This document shows, one piece after another, positions 26,296 to 34,624 of a DNA stretch of 64,000 nt. Location: NCBI GenBank assembly GCA_964487795.1, contig CAZASI010000002.1:180349-244348 (forward strand). The letters run 5' to 3'. This stretch comes from an uncultured Gammaproteobacteria bacterium (GTDB lineage Bacteria > Patescibacteriota > Patescibacteriia > Patescibacteriales > Patescibacteriaceae). Position numbers and translations under genes: made by a program. A model generated the notes under the pieces. The model saw nothing but the letters and a program-made list of their open reading frames with translations, searched no databases and had not been told where the DNA came from. The first letter of the stretch is position 1. Each line of letters starts with the position of its first letter.

Positions 26296-28086
26296 TTATT
26301 TAAGAATAGCCTTAATGCGTCTAATTCCGGCTGATGAGCTCTCTTCTTTGCTTATCTCAAAAGTTCCTAATTCTCGAGTATTTTCAACATGAGGACCACC
26401 GCAGATTTCCTTACTAAAATAGTTTGGCTCCTCGCCAACAAAATACACCTTCACCATCTGTTCATACTTAGAATCAAAGATTCCCGTCGCCCCAATCTCA
26501 CGAGCTTTTTCGAGCTCCATTTCCTCATAATGAACAGGAAGCTCCGCTTGAATCGCATCGTTCACAATATCCTCTACCTTCTTAATTTGTTCATCAGTCA
26601 TTTTCTCAGGATGCGGAAAATCTAAACGAAGACGTTCTCCGGTGATATTACTGCCTTTTTGGTAGATATGTTCTCCCAACACCTTTTTTAAAGCTGCAAG
26701 CAGTAAGTGAGTTGCTGTGTGTAACTTTGTAGTTTCTACGCTGTGATCAGCCAGTCCCCCTTTGAATTTACCTGCTGAGGCAGTTCGAGACAAAGCTTGA
26801 TGCTTTTCCAACTCTTCATAAAAACCTTTTTCATCAACTTGAACATCTTTTTCTTTAGCGAGTTCAATAGTCATTTCAATCGGGAAACCATAGCTTTGGT
26901 ACAAATCAAAGGCCTCAATTCCGCTGATTGTGTCCCCTAACTTAACAAACTCTTTCTCGCCCTTTTCTAAAGTGGTTTGAAATTTCGCTTCTTCTTTATT
27001 TAACTGATCAATTATAAAAGCTTTATTATTTTTAAGTTCCGGATATACTCCTGAATAATGTGAAATGTATATCTCTGAAATTAAATGTGTCCACTCTGTT
27101 GAAGAAATTCCGAGTTGACGTCCGAAACGAATGGCGCGGCGAATTAAACGACGAACAATATAACCCTGGTCAGTATTGGCAGGTCCAATCCCTTTTTCGT
27201 CACCCATGATAAAAGTCGCTGCCTTTAAGTGATCCGCAATAATTTCAAAGGGCCGCGAAACATCGGAATACTTTTTGCCTGACAATTCTTCAATCTTTAG
27301 AATCGCGTCATTAAATAGATCGGTTTCAAAAATATTTGGTTTGTCTTGAGTAACCATACAAAGTCTTTCAAGTCCTCCACCAAAGTCAACGTTCTTATTA
27401 TTCAGTTCCTTCCAACCATTTTCAGTTTTCTGGTATTGCATAAATACTGAATTGCCGATTTCAATATATTTTCCGCAATCACAGTTAATATGACATTCTG
27501 CTCCGAATTTTGTGTCATGCACTTTACCGGTATCATAAAACGTTTCAGAGTCCGGCCCGCCTAATTCTCCAATTGCATCGCCTCTCTGCCACCAGTTTTT
27601 TTCAATATATTCGAAGATCCGGTTCTCGTCATGAACGCCGTATTTATTAAAAATTTGTTTTACAATTTCTATGGACTCAGTATCTTTAGGAATCTGACCG
27701 TCCTTTGAGCCAGCATAAACACTTTGATATAAACGTTTTGGATCAAGCTTTAACTCATCGATCAAAAACTCATACCACCAGTTTAATTGTTCTGATTTCC
27801 AATAATCGCCCAAAGACCAGTTGCCGAGCATTTCAAAAAAGGTGTTATGACGATTATCACCAACTTCATCAATATCTTCAGTACGAAAAGATTTTTGGCT
27901 GTTCACGAGTTTATCACCGGCCGGATGCTTTGCTCCCAATAAATAAGGAACCAAAGGAAACATTCCAGAGTTTACAAATAACAGGGTTGAGTCATTTTCC
28001 GGTAGCAAAGAAGCACTCGGGATACGTACATGTCCCCTCTCTTCGAAAAATGTTAGATATTTTTTCCTAATTTCTGTTGACTTCAT
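26296..28086 (-). CDS. alaS: Alanine--tRNA ligase, short form (catalytic, tRNA-recognition and editing domains; no C-Ala domain)
   Basis: MKSTEIRKKYLTFFEERGH..IPSASL...FFEMLGNWS; editing motifs HTATHLL and CGGPHV. Ends at 596 aa. Confidence 0.95.
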   Translation of the reverse strand: MKSTEIRKKYLTFFEERGHVRIPSASLLPENDSTLLFVNSGMFPLVPYLLGAKHPAGDKLVNSQKSFRTEDIDEVGDNRHNTFFEMLGNWSLGDYWKSEQLNWWYEFLIDELKLDPKRLYQSVYAGSKDGQIPKDTESIEIVKQIFNKYGVHDENRIFEYIEKNWWQRGDAIGELGGPDSETFYDTGKVHDTKFGAECHINCDCGKYIEIGNSVFMQYQKTENGWKELNNKNVDFGGGLERLCMVTQDKPNIFETDLFNDAILKIEELSGKKYSDVSRPFEIIADHLKAATFIMGDEKGIGPANTDQGYIVRRLIRRAIRFGRQLGISSTEWTHLISEIYISHYSGVYPELKNNKAFIIDQLNKEEAKFQTTLEKGEKEFVKLGDTISGIEAFDLYQSYGFPIEMTIELAKEKDVQVDEKGFYEELEKHQALSRTASAGKFKGGLADHSVETTKLHTATHLLLAALKKVLGEHIYQKGSNITGERLRLDFPHPEKMTDEQIKKVEDIVNDAIQAELPVHYEEMELEKAREIGATGIFDSKYEQMVKVYFVGEEPNYFSKEICGGPHVENTRELGTFEISKEESSSAGIRRIKAILK

Positions 28087-28091
28087 ATATA

Positions 28092-28123
28092 TTGACTTTA
28101 TCGGTTTTTGCAGATATTATCAA
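28092..28123. promoter_or_regulatory. Overlapping divergent promoters: plus-strand (small ORF) and minus-strand (alaS, near-leaderless)
   Basis: Plus strand: TTGACT (28092-97), 17 nt, TATTAT (28115-20). Minus strand: TTGATA (28123-18), 17 nt, TAAAGT (28100-28095), whose end lies 8 nt before the alaS ATG. Confidence 0.4.
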
Positions 28124-28169
28124 GCCAGTTCAAATTTGAGTAGCTATTTTAAAATATAATAATAAGCCA

Positions 28170-28364
28170 ATGCAATTTAGCTTTATCGATACCCAAGAAA
28201 TATTTAAAAAAGATTCAGCTCCAAACTCATTACTAAAAAGTAAGATGGGAAATGACGTGTTTAGTCAAGATACTGGCCTTCGAGTGCATGTTAATCCAAA
28301 ACTTGGCAGCGCCGAGGAAATAGAGAAACATAAGCCTCAGGGCTTAGAAGATTCTCCTTTTTAG
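28170..28364 (+). CDS. Small hydrophilic hypothetical protein (64 aa); coding status uncertain
   Basis: ORF downstream of the plus-strand promoter. No SD. Internal hairpin TAAGCC-tcag-GGCTTA at 28331-28346. Confidence 0.3.
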   Translation: MQFSFIDTQEIFKKDSAPNSLLKSKMGNDVFSQDTGLRVHVNPKLGSAEEIEKHKPQGLEDSPF

Positions 28365-28379
28365 GCAAATCAGCACATA

Positions 28380-28408
28380 TTGACATTCTTATGTGTTAGC
28401 GATAGTAT
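28380..28408 (+). promoter_or_regulatory. Sigma-70-like promoter of the large structured RNA
   Basis: TTGACA (28380-85), 17 nt, TAGTAT (28403-08). Confidence 0.6.
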
Positions 28409-28414
28409 CAAAAT

Positions 28415-28803
28415 AAGTTCTTATAAGTAGGCAAATATAGATTCCTAGATAGAAGTGACTCTAACGGAGGCTCGTTTAGGATAAATCACGCGTGTCTATA
28501 TTATACGCTTAAGTTGACCATCTAATCTTTTGCATCCAACGGGCCTAACCACATGGTTTATCCTGGCAAATAGCTAAGGTGTATTCATCCTCAACTTTGA
28601 ATAGTCGCGCTTTCGTAAGAACTTGCTTGAACAGGAGCGCTTATCGGTTGATAAGGACTGTTCTTTTCGGGAGAGCGTTAGGGTGTAAATTCCTTAGCGC
28701 CTCCTAATTTAATTAGTTATTTGAAAAAATTGTTTCACCACTCATCCTTCCGCTTGGAGGATTGAGCTCGGAAAACCCTGAGCCAAGATGTTCAGGGTTT
28801 TTT
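28415..28803 (+). ncRNA. Unclassified ~390-nt structured RNA (own promoter and terminator)
   Basis: No ORF of 60 aa or more. Nested long-range helices: 28466-71/28699-704, 28573-79/28692-98, 28478-85/28557-64. Local hairpins: 28490-508, 28640-55, 28617-22/28660-65, 28741-66. Ends in a strong intrinsic terminator. Confidence 0.55.
28772..28803 (+). terminator. Intrinsic terminator of the structured RNA
   Basis: AACCCTGA-8 nt-TTCAGGGTT followed by a T-run (28798-28803). Confidence 0.8.
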
Positions 28804-28809
28804 GCTACC

Positions 28810-28838
28810 TTGACATTAAATGCAAAAATCGATACATT
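28810..28838 (+). promoter_or_regulatory. Sigma-70-like promoter for 28877-29227
   Basis: TTGACA (28810-15), 17 nt, TACATT (28833-38). Shares TTGACATT and a CGATA element with the promoter at 28380. Confidence 0.45.
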
Positions 28839-28876
28839 CAATAATAAACTTTCGTACATTAAAAGGAGACTATAAC

Positions 28877-29227
28877 ATGGTTTGGATAAAAAATATTACC
28901 CCGAAACCCTTTCTCGAACTTTCGAATTTCTCAGGAACTTACGTAACCGTAGAAATATTCAAAAACGGCGACAAACATGAGACACGATTAATTTCAGGCC
29001 AACTAAGTAGCTTTGATGAGAGCAACAAAGAAAATCCAACGTTACTATTTATATCACGTTCAGGCGCATCATTCGTATTGCACGCTAATATGTATGACGG
29101 ACGGGAAAACAAAGAATACTGGTTCTTAAATAGGATGTCAGCTCCTCCGGGACTTGATGATTTTGAAGAAGGCGTTCTTATATACTCCGTAGAGCAGCTT
29201 ATTGCTACTGCCACTCATACTGAATGA
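28877..29227 (+). CDS. Hypothetical protein (116 aa), orphan
   Basis: ATG lies 8 nt after AAGGAG (28863-68). No motif recognised. TGA stop. Confidence 0.6.
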   Translation: MVWIKNITPKPFLELSNFSGTYVTVEIFKNGDKHETRLISGQLSSFDESNKENPTLLFISRSGASFVLHANMYDGRENKEYWFLNRMSAPPGLDDFEEGVLIYSVEQLIATATHTE

Positions 29228-29240
29228 TTCACTGAAATAG

Positions 29241-30389
29241 TTATTTTATATTATTTCTAATCTCTTCCATTAGTCTCAAATAAAACTCAAGGTTATTAAG
29301 AGTAGCGAGCCGTTTACCCAGCGGCTCGTTTATTTTAAACAGATAGTTTAGATATGAACGCGACAGACTTCGTAATTCCGAAATCTTTGAATCTGCACTA
29401 ACAACTTTTTTGTCATTAACAAATTTTGCATTTGTTATTGTCAGAGTATCGTAAAAAGATTTAGTGGCTTTAGTTTTTGAATTTAATAATTTTTTTATTT
29501 GACTGGAGGTTTTTTTATTCCAAGAAAATAATCTACCGTGTCTTCCCTCTCGTGTTGGAATAACACAATCAAACATATCAACGCCGCGCTTTACCGCCTC
29601 AATAATATTTTCAGGATATCCTACGCCCATAAGATAGCGCGGTTTATCTTTAGGCAAGGCCTCTACTGTGTAATCAAGCACTGTATACATTTCAACCTCA
29701 GTCTCCCCTACTGCCAACCCACCGATATTATATCCATCAAAGTTTAGCGCAGATAATTCCGCGGCGCTTTTAAGACGTAAATCTTTTTCAGTACCGCCTT
29801 GTACCACCGCAAACACTAAAGGTTTTTTACCTTTTAATTTTTTGTAATATTGTTTAGTACGTTTTGCCCAAGCGCTCGTCATATCAACTGATTGTTCAAG
29901 ATATTTTCGTTTAGCGGGCAGAGCAACACATTCATCCAACACAACTGCGATATCAACTCCTAAATCGGTTTGAATCTGTAATGATCTCTCCGGCGTCAAA
30001 TAATGTTTGGAGCCGTCAACATATGAAGAAAATCCAACACCTTTTTCCGTTAACTCTACCAAGCTTTTCCCACTCTTTGTTTTAGCAGCTCCTAAAGAAA
30101 AAACTTGAAAGCCGCCGGAGTCTGTTAAAATCGCGCCTTGCCAATTCATAAACTTATGAAGTCCACCCCATTTTTTTATAAACTTCTCACCGGGACGGAG
30201 CATCAAATGATAGGTATTTGATAAAAGTATTGGCGAGCCGAGTTGACGAACATCATCAGTTGAAGCGAACTTAATTGTGCCTTGTGTCGCCACCGGCATA
30301 AAAAACGGAGTTTCTAAAACGCCGTGCCCGGTTTTTAGCCGGCCGCGACGCGCTTTAGTTTTTTTACTATTTCTTAAAACTTTAAACAT
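29241..30389 (-). CDS. tgt: tRNA-guanine transglycosylase (queuine tRNA-ribosyltransferase)
   Basis: GVLETPFFMPVATQGT...LTDSGGFQV...GLAVGE...and the C-terminal Zn-site region. Length 382 aa. Confidence 0.95.
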   Translation of the reverse strand: MFKVLRNSKKTKARRGRLKTGHGVLETPFFMPVATQGTIKFASTDDVRQLGSPILLSNTYHLMLRPGEKFIKKWGGLHKFMNWQGAILTDSGGFQVFSLGAAKTKSGKSLVELTEKGVGFSSYVDGSKHYLTPERSLQIQTDLGVDIAVVLDECVALPAKRKYLEQSVDMTSAWAKRTKQYYKKLKGKKPLVFAVVQGGTEKDLRLKSAAELSALNFDGYNIGGLAVGETEVEMYTVLDYTVEALPKDKPRYLMGVGYPENIIEAVKRGVDMFDCVIPTREGRHGRLFSWNKKTSSQIKKLLNSKTKATKSFYDTLTITNAKFVNDKKVVSADSKISELRSLSRSYLNYLFKINEPLGKRLATLNNLEFYLRLMEEIRNNIK

Positions 30390-30420
30390 AATTATTTATA
30401 ACCCGTAGCCCGGCGAAGGG

Positions 30421-32328
30421 TTACTGGATAATACCAGTTGTATCAGCGATATCATCTTTTTCCAATTTTGTAGTCTGAGCTTTTAAGATTTGCGAAACCG
30501 CGTAGGCTGTTTGATTATCATTGCCTTCAAGTGTGGTTCCGGAAACCAAGACCAACAATTTATTACGATCGCTAGCTCGTGGTTTAAGACTAATACTGAA
30601 CTGAGCTTGAACGCTTGCAGCAGACAAAGGTAATCGACCAATCATCCAGCTCACTTCATTTGTGTCTTGATTATATTCAAGTGTTCCTGCGTCAGCTTGA
30701 TCTTTGCCATCCCACTCAAGATAATCCGGTAATTTTGTTGTTACTTTTAAGCCGGCTAATTCATGTAAAGAGTTCGTAATTTTCCAATATACTTTAAAGG
30801 TTGTTGTTTGTCCGGCTTGCGGAGGAAGCGGACCCGTACCTACTGCAATATTATCTTCATCAAAGTAACGAACGGATTCATCAAGCAACACATCCGAATT
30901 TAACTTAATAGTGAGTTGATTAGATCGATTATTTTCATTATCACTTGAGAGTTCTTCTGCTTTTCCGCCAATGGCAAACTGTGCATAGCTTTTAATCTCA
31001 AAGCTGCGAATCAGACTTGATTCGTTAACAGCACGAACGGGAATAGTAAATTCGATACTGCCTTCTTGGTTTTTTGATAATGCTTTTAATTCCGGCACTT
31101 CATCTTTAGTCCAAACAATTGTTCGGCCCGTGACCTTGCCGTTATTGGCATCAACTAATTTCCTCCAATCAAGCGCTTCGCCGTCAAGTACTGCCATGAC
31201 AATAACGTCATTCATTGGCTGCTCACCTTTATTCACATACGAGATTGAATAATTGATTGTTTCTCCAAAATCAATCCCTTGATCAGATGCCTCGCCATTC
31301 GCGGCCAGCGTAAGGTTTAAAGAATTTTTAACAATCTCAATATCAAATGACCGTTCTTCGAAAACATACTCTTTGCCGCTCGCTTCATCTTTATAAGCAA
31401 AACTGATCTTGAGAGTTTCTTTATCATTTTTTTTATCGGTAAATTTGAACTTGAACGCTGCGCTCTTTTTTTCATCCTTTAATTCAGAAACAGTAAATGT
31501 TCCGGGTTCAGTCATTTCTATTCCCGCGCCATAATCTGTTTTTGGGAATTCAAGATTATCTATGACTGGAAACCGAACAACGAAGTTTTGAATAAATGTT
31601 TTTTCCAATGGCTTGTACGCAACTAACAGCTCGGTATCTTGCCCTACCAATATACTTGTCGGAGCGCTCGCCTCTATTTCAAAGCCAGAACTTTTCAATA
31701 CAATGTCGTGACTGGCTGATTTTTTAAATTCGCTTGTAAGCCCAGCCGGACGATATGATAAATCGGCAAACACTATATTCGAAGCGCCAACAGGAGCAAT
31801 CATTCGCCCGCTTACTGTGACTTTGCCACTAGCGAATTGACGCAAATCTGACAATTGCCATCTGTTGTTATCCTCGCTTGCTGCCGGCTCACTTGATTCA
31901 AAAATAAAATTTTCGGGATATGTTAATTGCAGTGTCAATCCTTCCAGGGCTTGAGACTCCTGATTTTTATAATCTATCGTATACTCAAAGGTTTCGTTGG
32001 CACTTAAATTATCAGGCGCGCTTATATTGATATCAACGACATTCATATCAGCTCCTCTTTGAACAAACCAATAATAAGCGCCCGCACCGAGAGCCCCTAC
32101 AATTATCAAATAAAAAGCTATAATACCCATCCAGGTAAAGAAACCTCGTTTTGGTTTGATCATAACCTCTTTGACATTAACACGTTTGCCGTTTTCATCT
32201 TCAAAAATTTCTGAGAGACTTTCATCAATCGTGGCCTTACTGACAGATCCGTTTAAATAACGATCAAAAGATTTGTCGCTATTTTGCGGAATTGGACTCG
32301 ATGTAAAATTTTTGTTTTTTTTGGGCAT
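30421..32328 (-). CDS. Large membrane-anchored surface protein with DUF11/CARDB-like beta-sandwich repeats
   Basis: N-terminal TM segment (FFTWMGIIAFYLIIVGALGAGAYYWF). Repeated patterns such as FEYTIDYKNQESQALEGLTLQLTYPENF and INYSISYVNKGEQPMNDVIVMAVLDG. Confidence 0.6.
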   Translation of the reverse strand: MPKKNKNFTSSPIPQNSDKSFDRYLNGSVSKATIDESLSEIFEDENGKRVNVKEVMIKPKRGFFTWMGIIAFYLIIVGALGAGAYYWFVQRGADMNVVDINISAPDNLSANETFEYTIDYKNQESQALEGLTLQLTYPENFIFESSEPAASEDNNRWQLSDLRQFASGKVTVSGRMIAPVGASNIVFADLSYRPAGLTSEFKKSASHDIVLKSSGFEIEASAPTSILVGQDTELLVAYKPLEKTFIQNFVVRFPVIDNLEFPKTDYGAGIEMTEPGTFTVSELKDEKKSAAFKFKFTDKKNDKETLKISFAYKDEASGKEYVFEERSFDIEIVKNSLNLTLAANGEASDQGIDFGETINYSISYVNKGEQPMNDVIVMAVLDGEALDWRKLVDANNGKVTGRTIVWTKDEVPELKALSKNQEGSIEFTIPVRAVNESSLIRSFEIKSYAQFAIGGKAEELSSDNENNRSNQLTIKLNSDVLLDESVRYFDEDNIAVGTGPLPPQAGQTTTFKVYWKITNSLHELAGLKVTTKLPDYLEWDGKDQADAGTLEYNQDTNEVSWMIGRLPLSAASVQAQFSISLKPRASDRNKLLVLVSGTTLEGNDNQTAYAVSQILKAQTTKLEKDDIADTTGIIQ

Positions 32329-32329
32329 A

Positions 32330-34624
32330 TTATGGCTTATAAAATAGAACTGAACTAAAGAAATCTTTATCTAATGCTTGGGTGATCTCGGCGCCATTCT
32401 GATTGATTAAGAGATTACTCGGATAATTCCACAAATTCTTCCAACCATTGGCGATTCTCAGTTTTGAAACAAGGGTTGTATTAAGATCCCCCGGCTGCTT
32501 TTGAACCAAAAAATTATAATGATAACTCTCTTGATTTTTGAAATTCATCATTACCCTATCTGTCCAACTTAAGTCCTTCTTTTCTGCAAATCCAAAGGGC
32601 AATTCATATATAAATTCAAGCTCTTCGGTCTCTCCCGGATCAACCATCGACCAATTGGCAAATACCGTTTTGCCGTTTTCTGTATATATTTTTGTGTTTG
32701 AAGCGGCATCAGTTACTGCTTCGTTTTCAGCTTTTAAATCAGGATCTTGATCCCACGCCGCATCAGGTGTTTCAAAATAGGAAGCGTCGGGTTGTCTGAA
32801 TCCTTTTGCGGAAATAAGTCGAGCTCCTTCCGGGACATACACGCGAATCCAAGCAACATTTCGTACACCAACAAACGCTTGATTTTTTTCGCCGCTATGC
32901 GCTCGTTCAAGCTTTAGAGTATCAATTATTCGACCATCAGGCAAGATTTGAGAATCATGCGTTATAGTTTTTTGTATGACTCTGTCTGTTTTTTGTCCGC
33001 CAATATTTGTTGAACTAACCATCAGATAGTCACCACTAGTTTTTTTAATGCCGCCATCCCAACCAAATTCTTCAACCGAAGCTTGTAATTCACGGTCATT
33101 GAGGTATACGAGAATTTGTTTCTCCTCAAAACTCTTTTCTAATAATCCAATCAAAGCAAAAGTTTTTTCAGCGTTCATATTCTTTGGTAAGTCCTCCATC
33201 AGTTTTGAAATTAAATCACCTATAATCTTTTTTGGTTCCACGGTAACCTGAGGTTTTTGCTCAGAAAAAGTTTGGGTGACTTCCCAAAAATTTTTCGCGT
33301 CAATCACAACACCATAATCTTTGGTCATATCAACAGGACCGTGTATCTCAAGTAATCGTTCGACAACTGTTGGCGTTAGACTAATAACGCCGTCGACCGT
33401 CGGACCGTCGCTTTTTTCATAAAACCACTGGATCTTTTTGGCACTGCTCGGCCAATCAGGCCACCAGTTTGAATCCCAAAAATGCCACAATGGATTTAAG
33501 AGCCATAACGGTTTTGGTGCAACAATAAATTCACTCATTCCCGCTTCAGTGTCGTAGGTTCCGCCTTTGGGAACGCTTAGTTTCTTAATTTCTCCTCGGC
33601 TAAAATCAACCAATGCATAACTGCCCATAAACCCGCCCGGTCCTCGTTGTTCTGAATTATTTTGAAAGACAAGCAGATAACGTTTATCAATTTGTTCTCC
33701 TAAAAAGATTGAGGCTTGTTTAGATAGTTTTGCTGCTTCAGACAAACTCGGAGCCATAAGTTCGGCTTGTTTACGCAATCGTATAAACTGTTCACGATAT
33801 TGTTCCGGCAAAGTATCCGCATTAATTGCTTTGAGCTCTTTAGCTAAGGCATCTGCGTCTTCGGCCGCAGGAGCGGTAAGAGCACCAAAACGATCAAGAA
33901 AAGAAAGAATATTTGAGTTGGCAACCGGAGTAATTGCGGAAGCCAAGTCAGCGCCCAAACGCGCTGAAAGACGACCGGCTGCTAAGATATGTCTGCTCTC
34001 CCCTGCCAATCGAAATGTTGAATCCGGAACTAAACCAACAAGATCGAGCAGCGTTTTATTTATCTCCGATAAATCATTTTGTGCTTGCAAAAAATTCTCA
34101 GTCGCTTGATTAAAAGCAAGTTGCGCTTCATTATAATTTTGCTTTTCTATAAAAGACTTACCCGAGAACAAACTGGCAAAAGCTTCAGAACTTTTTTCTG
34201 TTACTGAATTTTTAATGGCGTCAAGATGAGTAAAGACCGAGTACACAACAAAGGGCGCAGCTAGTAAGCAAAGCAACAGAACAAAATTAAGTAACTTAAA
34301 ATACGTTGAATGCGGACGCAGACTCGGCTTGGCGATAGCTTTGATTTCTCGCTCAATCCCCTTGTCTACTCTCTCTTGTGTTTTTGACCAATACTGTTTG
34401 AAGGAAATTGTATTTTTTGTGCGGATGATTAACAACCCGAGTTGTAGAACCAAACCAAAAAGTATTTGGACAAAACGATATATGCTATAGCCAAACGCCT
34501 TAATAATACGCAGTGCCGTAAGATCTTCCCAGGCTGAAAAACCCCGACGAATCGGTTTTTGTTTTGGACGCAAGTCAATCACGGCTGGCGTGTGGTGTTT
34601 AGGTTGTCTCCAATACTCGTTCAT
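32330..34624 (-). CDS. DUF4012 domain membrane-anchored protein
   Basis: FQNNSEQRGPGGFMGSYALVDF is the signature DUF4012 motif. N-terminal TM segments. Paralog at 50182-52101. Confidence 0.75.
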   Translation of the reverse strand: MNEYWRQPKHHTPAVIDLRPKQKPIRRGFSAWEDLTALRIIKAFGYSIYRFVQILFGLVLQLGLLIIRTKNTISFKQYWSKTQERVDKGIEREIKAIAKPSLRPHSTYFKLLNFVLLLCLLAAPFVVYSVFTHLDAIKNSVTEKSSEAFASLFSGKSFIEKQNYNEAQLAFNQATENFLQAQNDLSEINKTLLDLVGLVPDSTFRLAGESRHILAAGRLSARLGADLASAITPVANSNILSFLDRFGALTAPAAEDADALAKELKAINADTLPEQYREQFIRLRKQAELMAPSLSEAAKLSKQASIFLGEQIDKRYLLVFQNNSEQRGPGGFMGSYALVDFSRGEIKKLSVPKGGTYDTEAGMSEFIVAPKPLWLLNPLWHFWDSNWWPDWPSSAKKIQWFYEKSDGPTVDGVISLTPTVVERLLEIHGPVDMTKDYGVVIDAKNFWEVTQTFSEQKPQVTVEPKKIIGDLISKLMEDLPKNMNAEKTFALIGLLEKSFEEKQILVYLNDRELQASVEEFGWDGGIKKTSGDYLMVSSTNIGGQKTDRVIQKTITHDSQILPDGRIIDTLKLERAHSGEKNQAFVGVRNVAWIRVYVPEGARLISAKGFRQPDASYFETPDAAWDQDPDLKAENEAVTDAASNTKIYTENGKTVFANWSMVDPGETEELEFIYELPFGFAEKKDLSWTDRVMMNFKNQESYHYNFLVQKQPGDLNTTLVSKLRIANGWKNLWNYPSNLLINQNGAEITQALDKDFFSSVLFYKP

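Noticed and set aside
28415-28803. Possibility that the structured RNA is RNase P RNA, tmRNA, SRP RNA, 6S RNA or a riboswitch leader
   Set aside because: There are short resemblances to RNase P conserved regions: AAUAGUCGCGC versus GAAAGUCCGGGC, ACAGGAGCGCUUAUCGG versus ACAGAACCCGGCUUAUCGG, and UAGGGUGUAAA versus AAGGGUGAAAG. However, they occur in the wrong order and are only ~40 nt apart, forming local hairpins. There is no tmRNA acceptor/T-arm/CCA or tag ORF, and no SRP GGAA/AGCA domain IV. The downstream gene has its own promoter after a strong terminator, so a cis-leader is unlikely. A covariance-model search is still required.
28380-29227. Type III toxin-antitoxin (ToxIN-like) layout: promoter, RNA, terminator, small ORF
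   Set aside because: Type III antitoxin RNAs are tandem direct repeats. I see no tandem repeats in the 390-nt RNA, and the ORF has a separate promoter.
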